This document shows, one piece after another, positions 43,790 to 53,677 of a DNA stretch of 64,000 nucleotides. The translations under genes were made by a program, and so were the position numbers. The number at the start of each line of letters is the position of its first letter. Position 1 is the stretch's first letter. The DNA comes from Candidatus Acidiferrales bacterium (GTDB taxonomy: Bacteria > Acidobacteriota > Terriglobia > Acidiferrales > UBA7541): contig JANWJR010000046.1 of NCBI GenBank assembly GCA_025451835.1, positions 5,173-69,172 on the forward strand. The letters are read 5' to 3'. Under the pieces are notes generated by a model. It was not told where the DNA came from, did not search any database, and worked only from the letters and a program-made list of their open reading frames with translations.

Positions 43790-44919
43790 GCGAAAAGCTT
43801 CGCGTCCTTGTAGTGGATGATTCGGCGCTTATGCGAAAGCTGATTCCGCAGGTTTTGCAGCGTGATCCGTCCATCGAGGTCGTTGGCACGGCAATGGATG
43901 GTTCCATAGGCTTAAAAAAGATTGAAGAATTGCGGCCGCACGTCGTGACGCTGGATCTGGATATGCCGCGGATGGATGGAATCGAGATGCTGCGCCAGAT
44001 CACGAGAAAACATCACGTGCCCGTGATTGTGTTCAGCGCGCTTTCCGAGCGCGGAGCTTCAGTCACCCTAAAAGCGCTCGCGCTAGGAGCCTTCGACTTC
44101 GTGACCAAGCCACAGGATGCTGCCTCGGGTAGGCTCGAGCACATCGCTGCGGAGCTCGCCATCAAGATCAAAGTCGCGGCTGCCTCCGGCGCACCAAAAA
44201 TGATCATCACGGTTCCGGCACCGAGGATAAAGCCGAATCGCAGGCCCGGTCTACCGCATACGCCCTCGCGGATCGTGGCCATCGGCGTGTCCACAGGCGG
44301 TCCTAATGCACTTCAGTATGTGTTTTCGCAACTTCCTGATGACTTTGCCGGGTGCCTGCTTGTCGTCCAACACATGCCAGAAGGATTCACGGAAATGTTC
44401 GCGCGGCGTCTGCATGAGTCTTCGGCCATAGAGGTAAAGGAAGCGCAGTCCGGCGATTTACTCCTCGCCGGTCGCGCGCTCATCTGCCCCGGTAACCGCC
44501 ACATGAAAGTGCGCCGGCTCGCGCACGGGGACATAGCAGTGCTGGTGGATCAGCCGCGCGTCAACGGACACCGGCCCTCGGTGGATGTGCTCTTTCAATC
44601 CGTAGCTCAGGAATTCGGTGATCGCGCGATCGCAGTACTGATGACCGGCATGGGCGACGATGGGGCCGAAGGCCTCGGCGCGGTGCAAGCTGCCGGGGGC
44701 TTCACGCTCGCGCAAAGCGCGGATAGTTGCGTGGTGGATAGCATGCCGCGCGCGGCTGTCGAGCGCGGTTTCGCCAGTCGAGTGGTTTCGCTTTCAGGCA
44801 TTGCAAGTGTTCTACAGGCTAAGTGCATCCCGGAAAAGTCACAAACCGAACCGGCAGAGATCGCGCAATCCGAAGGAGCAATTCCGGGTGATCGGTTTTC
44901 TCGAAGGAGAGGATCATGA
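43786..44919 (+). CDS. cheB: protein-glutamate methylesterase CheB
   Basis: LRVLVVDDSALM, VVTLDLDMP, VAIGVSTGGP, LVVQHMP, GMGDDGAEG. Confidence 0.9.
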   Translation: MSEKLRVLVVDDSALMRKLIPQVLQRDPSIEVVGTAMDGSIGLKKIEELRPHVVTLDLDMPRMDGIEMLRQITRKHHVPVIVFSALSERGASVTLKALALGAFDFVTKPQDAASGRLEHIAAELAIKIKVAAASGAPKMIITVPAPRIKPNRRPGLPHTPSRIVAIGVSTGGPNALQYVFSQLPDDFAGCLLVVQHMPEGFTEMFARRLHESSAIEVKEAQSGDLLLAGRALICPGNRHMKVRRLAHGDIAVLVDQPRVNGHRPSVDVLFQSVAQEFGDRAIAVLMTGMGDDGAEGLGAVQAAGGFTLAQSADSCVVDSMPRAAVERGFASRVVSLSGIASVLQAKCIPEKSQTEPAEIAQSEGAIPGDRFSRRRGS

Positions 44920-45365
44920 AACAGTTTGAACCATTGACGCGAAAAAAGGACAGTCAGCCTGTTCGCTACCTCGTGGTGGACGATTCAGTGTTCGCGCGGA
45001 AGAGTCTGGCAAAAATGATCGAGTCGTTCGGCGGTCACGTGGTCGGCGAAGCGGGCGATGGTTGCACGGCCATCACGGAGTATACCCGCGTGAACCCCGA
45101 CCTCGTGCTGATGGATATTACGATGCCGCAGATGGAAGGAATTGAAGCGGTAGAGCGCATCGTCCATGAGCACCCGGACGCTCGCATCGTAATGGTCTCC
45201 TCCGTCGGCTATCAGGACAACATCCTCGCCGCGCTGCAGAAGGGCGCCCGGCATTTCGTCCAGAAGCCCGTAAAGCCGGATGCTCTCTACGAAATCATTC
45301 GCTACGTGCTCAACGACGACGGTGTGACGGCAACTGTCGGCGCCGCACAGGAGACCTCGCGATGA
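44916..45365 (+). CDS. cheY: CheY response regulator
   Basis: YLVVDDS, LVLMDITMPQMEG, VSSVG, QKPV. Confidence 0.85.
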   Translation: MKQFEPLTRKKDSQPVRYLVVDDSVFARKSLAKMIESFGGHVVGEAGDGCTAITEYTRVNPDLVLMDITMPQMEGIEAVERIVHEHPDARIVMVSSVGYQDNILAALQKGARHFVQKPVKPDALYEIIRYVLNDDGVTATVGAAQETSR

Positions 45366-45859
45366 GAATGGACCTGATCCAGCCGTTCATTGGCTCTCTC
45401 GATGCTGTTCTGGCCGAAATGATGAGGGCGCCCGCAAAGATTGTCGACCTGAACATGGAAGAAGAAGGCTATCGTCGCAAGGGCCTTGCCGCTGCGGTGG
45501 AATTCCGCGGACAGATCGAAGGGCGCGTAATCCTCGACATGGAACCATCCGCGGCCGCGCACGTGGCCAGTTTTCTAGCTGGAGCGGATGTCGACCCATC
45601 GGAACCAATCGTGCCTGAAACGGTGTGCGAGCTGGCAAACATGGTAATTGGCAACGCTGTCACTCAATTAAACGATGGCGGGTTTCAGTTCAAGGTGTTG
45701 CCACCTGAGACAATCACGGCCCAACAGGTCGACAAGGCGGGCATGGATTCCGAAGCCACGATCCTATGTTTCGAAACACCCAGGGGAAAAGTTCATCTGA
45801 ATATCTCGATGCGTTATCAAAAACGGCGCGCTCGCGAACGCGCGCCCGCACTGACTTAG
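45362..45859 (+). CDS. cheX: CheX/CheC-family CheY-P phosphatase
   Basis: 165 aa. The E-x2-N-x22-P active-site motif is present (CELANMVIGNAVTQLNDGGFQFKVLPP). Confidence 0.7.
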   Translation: MRMDLIQPFIGSLDAVLAEMMRAPAKIVDLNMEEEGYRRKGLAAAVEFRGQIEGRVILDMEPSAAAHVASFLAGADVDPSEPIVPETVCELANMVIGNAVTQLNDGGFQFKVLPPETITAQQVDKAGMDSEATILCFETPRGKVHLNISMRYQKRRARERAPALT

Positions 45860-45916
45860 AATTACCGCGTTTATCTCGGGATGGCGCCGTCCGCAATGGA
45901 CACAAAGCCGGATCAG

Positions 45917-46783
45917 CTAAGCTCGCGGCCCCACTTTTCGATATTCCGTCCCATGACGGAACAGACCCGCTTTGGGCATTTCCTCCGAATAAATTACCCG
46001 CGCCGGCAGAAAAATATTCGCGGCATTGGGCGCATACGGAACCGCTACCTGAATACGTGCGTCCGAATCGTAACGCCGCTTGCTTCGAAAGCACATGCCC
46101 ACCGGGGAGATGTCTTCGCATACAGCAAGCTCATCGTCCGCGCCCGCTTGGCGAATGCATGCCGTTAAGCGCGTCTTGATTCGAACTCGATGCCTCTCCC
46201 GTTGTTCGTCCTGCGGCGACACTTCGTCTTGCGGATCCTTGGCACGCCCGCCTCGTGGTCCACGGGAAGCTAGCTTCTTTTCATCCTCGTGCGGAGCCTG
46301 CACCCAGATGCTTGGAACACCGCAGACCTTGCAATGCCGCGCGATACCCCGGTTGGTTTCAAAGCCACGAAGCTCGAGTTCGTTAAGATAAATCACCTCA
46401 CGGCTGCGGCAGTAGCTGCATTCCAGGAGCATCCGGGCGATGGCTTCATCGGATTCGGCGACGGCGGGAAACTCGATGCCCCAAAGATCCTTTTCTGCAT
46501 CGCCTATTTCGATGCCGTACAGATAGCCGTCTTTTTCACGGCCGAACTGCCCTACCACCCGGACTGTGCTTTCGCGATGCGCCTCCTGCGACGCTTGTCG
46601 CCGGACATGAACCTGCTGATCGGTCTTTAATTCCCTGTCCAATACGATCACCGCACCGGAGCGATTGATCAGAAGCGTTCGGGAAGTCTGCTTAAATTCA
46701 CGGCCGTGGATGTCGGTCCCAGAAACTTCAAGCAGCAGAGTTAGCGAAACGCGGTCAGTACGACGGAGCGACAGCGATGACAT
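45917..46783 (-). CDS. PilZ - zinc ribbon - PilZ protein
   Basis: N-terminal PilZ has RRTDR plus a degenerate NRSGA. A central CSYC...CKVC ribbon follows. The C-terminal PilZ has canonical RERHRVR and DISPVG (RxxxR / DxSxxG). Confidence 0.7.
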   Translation of the reverse strand: MSSLSLRRTDRVSLTLLLEVSGTDIHGREFKQTSRTLLINRSGAVIVLDRELKTDQQVHVRRQASQEAHRESTVRVVGQFGREKDGYLYGIEIGDAEKDLWGIEFPAVAESDEAIARMLLECSYCRSREVIYLNELELRGFETNRGIARHCKVCGVPSIWVQAPHEDEKKLASRGPRGGRAKDPQDEVSPQDEQRERHRVRIKTRLTACIRQAGADDELAVCEDISPVGMCFRSKRRYDSDARIQVAVPYAPNAANIFLPARVIYSEEMPKAGLFRHGTEYRKVGPRA

Positions 46784-46912
46784 CCGAACGCCTCCTCGAG
46801 AACTTGGGCTTCCCCGCCCGCCACGATAGCATACGCGGGATAACGTTGGTTTTCGGGAACAAGCGATAGTTCAATCTATCACTTTCCTGCCGCCGCGATA
46901 TGATGGACGGGC

Positions 46913-49291
46913 ATGCGCGCCGAATACAATGAATTAATGCCAAGCCGGTGTCCGGGTCCACCGCGTGCCGGTCGTGGATCGGCATTCTCGGGATTTCTCC
47001 CGCGACTTGCTTGGGCCGTCCTGCCGCTAGCGCTGGCTGCCTTCGCTATTCCCGTAGCCCGTGCCCAGAATATCCGCATTGAAGGAACCGTGCGCGATTC
47101 GAGCGGAGCTGTTGTTTCTGGGGCGCGAGTCGAACTACGCACGAAATTCTATTCCGCGAGCGTAGCCACCGGTGTCTCCGGGCAATTTGTGTTTGAGAAT
47201 GTGCCAGAATCTTCCGGTACGCTGGTGGTAACTGCTAGCGGCTTCCGCCAGGAAACGCGCGTTTGTGCATTCAGGCCAGGGCAATCCTCCCCGCTCGAAA
47301 TCACTGTCGAGCCCGCAACTGTGACTCAGAGTGTCGTCGTCACAGCCGCACGCATCCCAATCAGTCTCGGCGACTCCCCCTCGAGCGATCTTCAGCTCGA
47401 CCGCAACGGCTTGCTGTCAACGCCTGCGCTGACGGTTCCGGATCAACTGAAGCAAGTTCCCGGATTCAGCCTTTTTCGTCGATCGAGCAGCCGCACGGCA
47501 AACCCCACCACGCAGGGCGTCTCGTTACGCGGCCTAGGTGCCAGCGGCACCAGCCGCGCTCTCGTACTGGAAGACGGCATCCCGCTCAATGATCCCTTCG
47601 GCGGATGGGTCTATTGGGGCCGCGTTCCCAACGAGTCGATTTCGAGTGTGGAAATCGTGCAGGAAGGAGCGTCGAGCCTTTACGGCAGCGATGCTCTGGC
47701 GGGGGTCGTTCAATTCCTCACCCGTCCGGCATCGCCGGGAGGGATTTCTCTCGGAGCATCCTACGGTAATCAAAACTCGCCTGACCTTTCGGTGTCGGCT
47801 GGTGGGGAAAAGGGTCGTTGGGAAGCGACATTTGGCGGCGGGGTATTCCACACGGATGGTTACATCCTCACGCCCGAAGCAGATCGCGGCAGTGTGGATA
47901 CGAAGGCAGGAGTCTCCGACTCGATCGCAGACTTAATGGTGGGCCGCAAAATCGGCGCACAGAGTGAACTTTTCGCACGAGGCTGGTATTTCGACGAATC
48001 GCGAAACAACGGTACTGTACTCCAGACCAATGATACGCGTCTTGGCCAAGGGGCGCTCGGCGCGAATCTCGAACTTGGCACGGTCGGTTCGCTCACCCTG
48101 CGTTTCTACGGTGACGCGCAAACGTACCACCAGAGTTTTTCGGCAATCTCGCCAGGCCGCAACAGCGAGAGTCTCACAGACCTGCAGACTGTGCCTGCGC
48201 AGTCAGTAGGAGGCGGCGCCGTTTGGTCGCGCTCCGCTGGAAAGCGGCAGACGCTGGTGGCTGGATTCGACGAGCAGGAAGTGATTGGCGTCAGCCAGGA
48301 CGCTCTGTTTTCCAATGGTGTACCTTCAAGGGACGTCTTTGCAGGGGGGCGTCAGCGAACGGTCGGGGTATTCGGCGAAGACCTGATTCAAATTGCGCCG
48401 CGATGGCTGCTAACCGCGAGCGCGCGATTTGACGATTGGCGCAATTTCGATTCATCGTCCTTGCGCGATCCAATCGAGCCGCCCGGGCCGCCCGCCAATA
48501 CGCCTTTCGCGAACCGTTCTCAAAATGCGTTCAGTCCACGGCTCGGTCTGCAACATCAGTGGAACTCGCATATTTCATCGTCAGCATCCGTGTATCGCGC
48601 GTTTCGCGCGCCGACGTTGAACGAGCTGTACCGGCAATTTCGGCAGGGCAACGTGCTCACGGAAGCAAATGCGAATTTGAACGCCGAGCGCCTGACCGGC
48701 GGAGAATCTGGCGTTTCCGTGAATGCGCTTGAAAACAAAGTCATCGTGCGCGGTACATTTTTCTTCAACGAGATTATCGATCCGGTTGCCAACGTCACGC
48801 TGAACGTGACACCCACCCTGATCACGCGGCAGCGGCAGAACCTCGGCCGGACGCGCTCCCCGGGATTCGAAATAGATGCCACCACTCACATCACAAATCG
48901 CTTCGAAATCTCAACCGGCTACGAATATGTCGATGCGACCGTCGACAGTTTTCCTGCAAATACCACTCTGGTCGGCCTGTGGGTACCGCAGGTGCCCCAT
49001 AGCGTCTTTACCTTTCAGGCTCGCTACGCCAATCCATCGCGATTGTCGTTTTCGGTCGGTGGCCGGATGATCGGCAAGCAATTTGACGACGATCAAAACG
49101 AATTCCCGCTGGGCCGCTTCTTCACGCTCGATGCAATGGCTTCGCGTACCGTGGGACACGGAGTGGAACTCTTCAGCGCGGTCGAAAACTTGCTGAATGC
49201 GAAGTACGCAACCGCCGCCACGCCTGTGCTTCAGCTTGGACTTCCCATAACCGCCCGCTTCGGCTTCCGCTTCGAGTTCCCGTCGCGTTAG
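46913..49291 (+). CDS. TonB-dependent receptor with N-terminal carboxypeptidase-regulatory-like domain
   Basis: Signal peptide. CarboxypepD_reg-like IRIEGTVRDSSGAVVSGARVEL, a plug (RGLGASGTSRALVLEDGIPLND), a beta-barrel, and a C-terminal aromatic-rich strand ARFGFRFEF. Confidence 0.85.
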   Translation: MRAEYNELMPSRCPGPPRAGRGSAFSGFLPRLAWAVLPLALAAFAIPVARAQNIRIEGTVRDSSGAVVSGARVELRTKFYSASVATGVSGQFVFENVPESSGTLVVTASGFRQETRVCAFRPGQSSPLEITVEPATVTQSVVVTAARIPISLGDSPSSDLQLDRNGLLSTPALTVPDQLKQVPGFSLFRRSSSRTANPTTQGVSLRGLGASGTSRALVLEDGIPLNDPFGGWVYWGRVPNESISSVEIVQEGASSLYGSDALAGVVQFLTRPASPGGISLGASYGNQNSPDLSVSAGGEKGRWEATFGGGVFHTDGYILTPEADRGSVDTKAGVSDSIADLMVGRKIGAQSELFARGWYFDESRNNGTVLQTNDTRLGQGALGANLELGTVGSLTLRFYGDAQTYHQSFSAISPGRNSESLTDLQTVPAQSVGGGAVWSRSAGKRQTLVAGFDEQEVIGVSQDALFSNGVPSRDVFAGGRQRTVGVFGEDLIQIAPRWLLTASARFDDWRNFDSSSLRDPIEPPGPPANTPFANRSQNAFSPRLGLQHQWNSHISSSASVYRAFRAPTLNELYRQFRQGNVLTEANANLNAERLTGGESGVSVNALENKVIVRGTFFFNEIIDPVANVTLNVTPTLITRQRQNLGRTRSPGFEIDATTHITNRFEISTGYEYVDATVDSFPANTTLVGLWVPQVPHSVFTFQARYANPSRLSFSVGGRMIGKQFDDDQNEFPLGRFFTLDAMASRTVGHGVELFSAVENLLNAKYATAATPVLQLGLPITARFGFRFEFPSR

Positions 49292-49400
49292 ACTTCTGTC
49301 TACTGAGCTTCGCTGCGATTCGTTTTTCGCGGGGAGAGCCTCAGGCGTCGCCAGCGAATGCCACCTGTGATAGCCTCCGTCGCATCGAGGTCTATCTATC

Positions 49401-51506
49401 ATGAAAGTACCGATTCGACTTTCCAGCGCGATCGTGATTGCAATCACGGCGGCTTTCGTGCTGCATTCGTCGGTTCAAGCTCGCAAACGGGTTCCGAGGC
49501 GGCAGCAATCTTCTTCCCGCCCTCCGGCCTATCACACCATGGAGAAAGTCCAAGCGTGGATTCCCATGAACGACGGAGTGCGGCTCGCAGTGAATCTCTA
49601 CATGCCCAAAGGAGCAAAGCCCGGCGACAAATTCCCCGCGATTCTGGAATATCTTCCCTATCGTAAAGACGACTGGAGCCTCGCACGCGATTGGGACCTG
49701 CATTCGTATTTCGTCGAGCGCGGTTACGTCTCGGCTCGGGTGGATATTCGCGGTACCGGAGCCAGCGACGGGGTGCCGCCCGATCGCGAATATTCAGATC
49801 AAGAATTGCAGGACGGCGTTCAGGTGATTGACTGGCTTTCAAAGCAGAAATGGTCCAACGGCAACGTCGGCATGATGGGAATTTCCTGGGGTGGCTTCAA
49901 CTCGATTCAAATGGCGGGCCTGATGCATCCCCCGGCGCTGAAGGCGATCATAGCGATGTGCGCCACAGAGGACCTTTTTCACGATGATATTCATTACATT
50001 GACGGCCTGATGCATGCGGACGAATATGAGCTCGCGATGGACTTGGAGCTGGGAATTACGCGTGCGCCCGATTTCCCCATCGACGAGAAATCCCTCGCGT
50101 CGCGTTTCGATAGTTCGCCATGGTTTCTCCTTTACCTTCGCGAGCAGCGCGATGGTCCATTCTGGAAGCGCGCATCTGTGTCGCCGCATTACGCGGATTA
50201 CACCGTTCCGACATTCATGATTGGCGGCTTTCTCGACGGGTATCGCGACAGCATTCCCCGCTTCTTCCAGCACGTGCAGGCGCCGCTGAAGGCGCTGCTC
50301 GGACCCTGGAACCATGCGTTTCCCCACAACGCCGATCCCGGCCCCTCGATCGAATGGCGCGATGAAGCAACACGCTGGTGGGATCACTGGCTGAAGGGCG
50401 AGCAGAACGGAATCATGGAGGAGCCGCGCTTCGAGGTCTACATGCGCCATTGGTACCCACCCGATCCTAATATCCACGAGATCCCCGGAGAATGGCGGGC
50501 GGAGAAGACATGGCCTCCGGCAAACACCCGGATCGAGACGCTGTACCTAAAACCGAATCACACGCTGGACATCTCCGATTCAAGTGCGGCGACGCATATG
50601 CTGACATACAGTCCTTCGATGGGAGTCGAAGCGGGCTTCTGGTGGGGTGATTTCACCACGGACCAGCGGCCGAGCGACGCCTACAGCCTGGTCTACGATT
50701 CCGCGCCTCTCGATAAAAATACTGCCCTGCTCGGCCGACCAACGGCATCGCTGGAGGTTTCATCGAGTGCGCCGCTCGCGGATTGGTTCGCGCGACTTTC
50801 GGACGTCGCGCCTGACGGAACCGTCACGATGATCACAGGCGCAGGACAGTCCGGCGCGCAGCGCGTCTCAGACACGAATCCCACCGATCTCGATCCTGGC
50901 AAGATCTATTCGATTCCCATCGATCTGCATGTGACGAGTTGGCTTTTTCAGCGCGGACACAAGATCCGTCTAGCGGTCTCGAACGCCCTGTGGCCAATGA
51001 TCTGGCCGACTCCCTATTCGATGACGACATCCCTGTATCTCGGCGGGATGCAGCCTTCGCGACTTGAATTACCTCTCGTGCCAATCGGACCTCCTGCGCG
51101 GCCACATTTCCCGCCACCAGCAGAGGCCCCGCCTCTCCACGGTGCTACTTGGACTGGTGAGGCGTGGCCTCCGCAAGACTGGCAAGTCACTCACAATTTA
51201 ATAACGGGAACCACGGGTGTTTCATGGAGCGGAAATGACGAGGGTCAGTTTTTGTGGGGAAAGATGAGAGACCACGAGCAGATGAGCTACGAAGTAGCTG
51301 ACGCAACGCCCGCCGTAAGCAAAGTACATGGAGAGGCGTCAACAACAGTCGAATTGCAAAATCGTACGCTTGTTTGGAGCGTAGTGCTTGATCTCACGAG
51401 CGACACGAAGGATTTCGATTATCATTTTGAGCGCCGGCTCACGCAGAATGGGATCCTCGTGCGCCGGAAACAGTGGAACGAGAAGATTCCACGCGATCAT
51501 CAGTAG
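49401..51506 (+). CDS. CocE/NonD family hydrolase (S15 X-Pro dipeptidyl-peptidase-like)
   Basis: Signal peptide. YLPYRKDD, nucleophile elbow GISWGG, and a C-terminal PepX_C-like beta domain. Confidence 0.8.
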   Translation: MKVPIRLSSAIVIAITAAFVLHSSVQARKRVPRRQQSSSRPPAYHTMEKVQAWIPMNDGVRLAVNLYMPKGAKPGDKFPAILEYLPYRKDDWSLARDWDLHSYFVERGYVSARVDIRGTGASDGVPPDREYSDQELQDGVQVIDWLSKQKWSNGNVGMMGISWGGFNSIQMAGLMHPPALKAIIAMCATEDLFHDDIHYIDGLMHADEYELAMDLELGITRAPDFPIDEKSLASRFDSSPWFLLYLREQRDGPFWKRASVSPHYADYTVPTFMIGGFLDGYRDSIPRFFQHVQAPLKALLGPWNHAFPHNADPGPSIEWRDEATRWWDHWLKGEQNGIMEEPRFEVYMRHWYPPDPNIHEIPGEWRAEKTWPPANTRIETLYLKPNHTLDISDSSAATHMLTYSPSMGVEAGFWWGDFTTDQRPSDAYSLVYDSAPLDKNTALLGRPTASLEVSSSAPLADWFARLSDVAPDGTVTMITGAGQSGAQRVSDTNPTDLDPGKIYSIPIDLHVTSWLFQRGHKIRLAVSNALWPMIWPTPYSMTTSLYLGGMQPSRLELPLVPIGPPARPHFPPPAEAPPLHGATWTGEAWPPQDWQVTHNLITGTTGVSWSGNDEGQFLWGKMRDHEQMSYEVADATPAVSKVHGEASTTVELQNRTLVWSVVLDLTSDTKDFDYHFERRLTQNGILVRRKQWNEKIPRDHQ

Positions 51507-51564
51507 CGCCCAAGCTTATTGTGGCAGAAATTTGCCGAACGATTGAGTTGCACCGGAGAGAAGT

Positions 51565-52422
51565 TTGAAAAACAGCGCCATCCTGCTGATTAGCTGTCCC
51601 GACCAGAAGGGGCTGAACGCAGCGATTCACGATTTCATTTATCGCGCGAACGGCAATATCTTGCACGCCGACGAACATCTCGATCCAGATCGAAATCTAT
51701 TCTTAATGCGTGTCGAATGGGACCTAGCCAGTTTCGCCATCGATATGCGTGAGTTCGGCAAACATTTCCAGCCCGTTGCCGAGAGGCTGCATATGCATTG
51801 GCGGGTCGCGCTCTCCAGCGCACGGCCCCGAATCGCGATTTTTGTCTCGAAATACGATCACTGCCTCGCCGATTTACTCTATCGCCGCCAGACGGGAGAG
51901 CTGGCCTGCGAGATACCTCTGATTATCAGCAATCATGCGAATGCTGAGCGCTGGGCCACTTTTTACAATATTCCCCTACACGTGATTCCTGTAACCAAGG
52001 AAACAAAAGCAGAGGCCGAACAGAGACAACTCGATCTTTTGCGCCCGCATGAAATTGACCTCATCGTGCTGGCTCGCTATATGCAGGTGCTGTCCACCGA
52101 TTTTATCCGCCAGTATCCTCCGCATCACATTATCAACATCCATCATTCATTCTTGCCGGCGTTCATCGGCGCGCGGCCACACCAGCAGGCATTCGATCGC
52201 GGTGTGAAGCTGATTGGTGCGACAAGCCACTACGTCACCGAAGTTCTCGACGACGGCCCGATCATCGAGCAGGACGTCGTTCGAATATCCCACCGCGATA
52301 CGGTGGAAGATCTAATTCAGAAGGGACGCGATCTCGAAACGATCGTGCTCTCTCGCGCAGTCCGCTGGCACATCCAGAACCGCATCCTGCTCTACGGCAA
52401 TAAGACAGTCATTTTCGACTGA
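51565..52422 (+). CDS. purU: formyltetrahydrofolate deformylase
   Basis: N-terminal ACT domain (ILLISCPDQKGL) plus a formyltransferase core (IINIHHSFLPAFIGARP, GATSHYVTEVLDDGPII). TTG start at 51565. Confidence 0.9.
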   Translation: MKNSAILLISCPDQKGLNAAIHDFIYRANGNILHADEHLDPDRNLFLMRVEWDLASFAIDMREFGKHFQPVAERLHMHWRVALSSARPRIAIFVSKYDHCLADLLYRRQTGELACEIPLIISNHANAERWATFYNIPLHVIPVTKETKAEAEQRQLDLLRPHEIDLIVLARYMQVLSTDFIRQYPPHHIINIHHSFLPAFIGARPHQQAFDRGVKLIGATSHYVTEVLDDGPIIEQDVVRISHRDTVEDLIQKGRDLETIVLSRAVRWHIQNRILLYGNKTVIFD

Positions 52423-52500
52423 AGGCCGGCTCGTTCTCCCGGATAAATCGCGAAGCACCAGCCTCGCATTCGTCGTATTCACGTTTCAAAGCACAACCTC

Positions 52501-53625
52501 CTACGGGGCGGAAACCGCGCGGATATCTTTCAGGTCAGCGGCGAGCAGACGATGGAACAAATGTTCGCCGGCTTCGCGCCGAACGGAGAGCCGCCCGGCT
52601 CGATAGGCGCGCGAACTTAGCCCTCGCTGCACGCCCGCGCAGATCGCGATGTCTTCCTGCTGAACTTGTTCACTGACGCCGATACTCTTCATAATGTAAG
52701 GCATTTGCGATTCGCTCGTGTCGCCGAAAAAAAAGTCGAAAATCACCTCGCAACGGTCCACGCCAAGAGGAATCACTAGGTTCGTGTCTAGGTAGCCTTC
52801 GTACCAGTTGAGCATGAAATTTGGATATTGCCAGAAGTAGTAAGCACGGTCGCCTTTCCGTGTCGCGGCGGCGCTGGCTTCGGATTTGTCATCAATCGAG
52901 ATCGGGCTCGACTGTACACAGCAGCGGTCAACGTTTTCGATGGTGTAATTCGTGTAATCGAGGACGCTGTTCAGCCCCTTGTGCATGTGCGGCACGTGGT
53001 ACCCGCCATCGAGGAAATTGTCCACGTACACCTTCCAGTTGCAGTCCAGCGTGTAGCTGCGGCGTTCGACGAATTTCAAATCGCCGAATCCAAGCGGCTG
53101 TGCCAGCCGGACCAGCGCGCCAAGAAAATCAACCAGTGGCTCAGCGTGAGGATCAAGGTTCACGAAAACGGAGTTCTCCCACGTTTCGACCCGCACCGGA
53201 ACCAATCCATTCTGCGCGCGGTCGAAATGGCAGACGCCTTCAAATTCTGTCATGCCGCGAAGCTCGCCTTCGAGATTGTAGGTCCAGCCGTGATAAGGGC
53301 AGCGCATGTGTTGCGCATGGCCGGCGGGTTCATTCATCACCGTCATCGCGTGGTGGTGGCAGACGTTGAAAAATGCGCGCAGCACACTATCGCTGCCGCG
53401 CATGACGACGATGGGTTCGCTCGCGACCGTTGTCGTGATGTATTGTCCCGGTCTTGCCACTTGCTCCGCGCGCCCAACTTGCTGCCAGGTGCGCGAGAAT
53501 ACGTTCTGCCGCTCAAGCTCTGCGATGCGATTGTCCGTGTACCACGGGGCGGGAATCGTGTACGCCTCCGCCAGCGATGACGAAGCGCTGTACGAAGCGA
53601 GAATGTCTTGCACTGTTCGTTCCAT
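52501..53625 (-). CDS. Rieske [2Fe-2S] non-haem iron oxygenase alpha subunit, choline-monooxygenase-like
   Basis: Rieske motif CHHHAM...CPYHGWTY. Catalytic motif DNFLDGGYHVPHMHKGL resembles CMO and quaternary-amine oxygenases. Confidence 0.8.
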   Translation of the reverse strand: MERTVQDILASYSASSSLAEAYTIPAPWYTDNRIAELERQNVFSRTWQQVGRAEQVARPGQYITTTVASEPIVVMRGSDSVLRAFFNVCHHHAMTVMNEPAGHAQHMRCPYHGWTYNLEGELRGMTEFEGVCHFDRAQNGLVPVRVETWENSVFVNLDPHAEPLVDFLGALVRLAQPLGFGDLKFVERRSYTLDCNWKVYVDNFLDGGYHVPHMHKGLNSVLDYTNYTIENVDRCCVQSSPISIDDKSEASAAATRKGDRAYYFWQYPNFMLNWYEGYLDTNLVIPLGVDRCEVIFDFFFGDTSESQMPYIMKSIGVSEQVQQEDIAICAGVQRGLSSRAYRAGRLSVRREAGEHLFHRLLAADLKDIRAVSAP

Positions 53626-53677
53626 AAGGCGTCCTCTCGCAGAAGGATGTCACTCCAACGATGCAAAGCAGCGTTTT

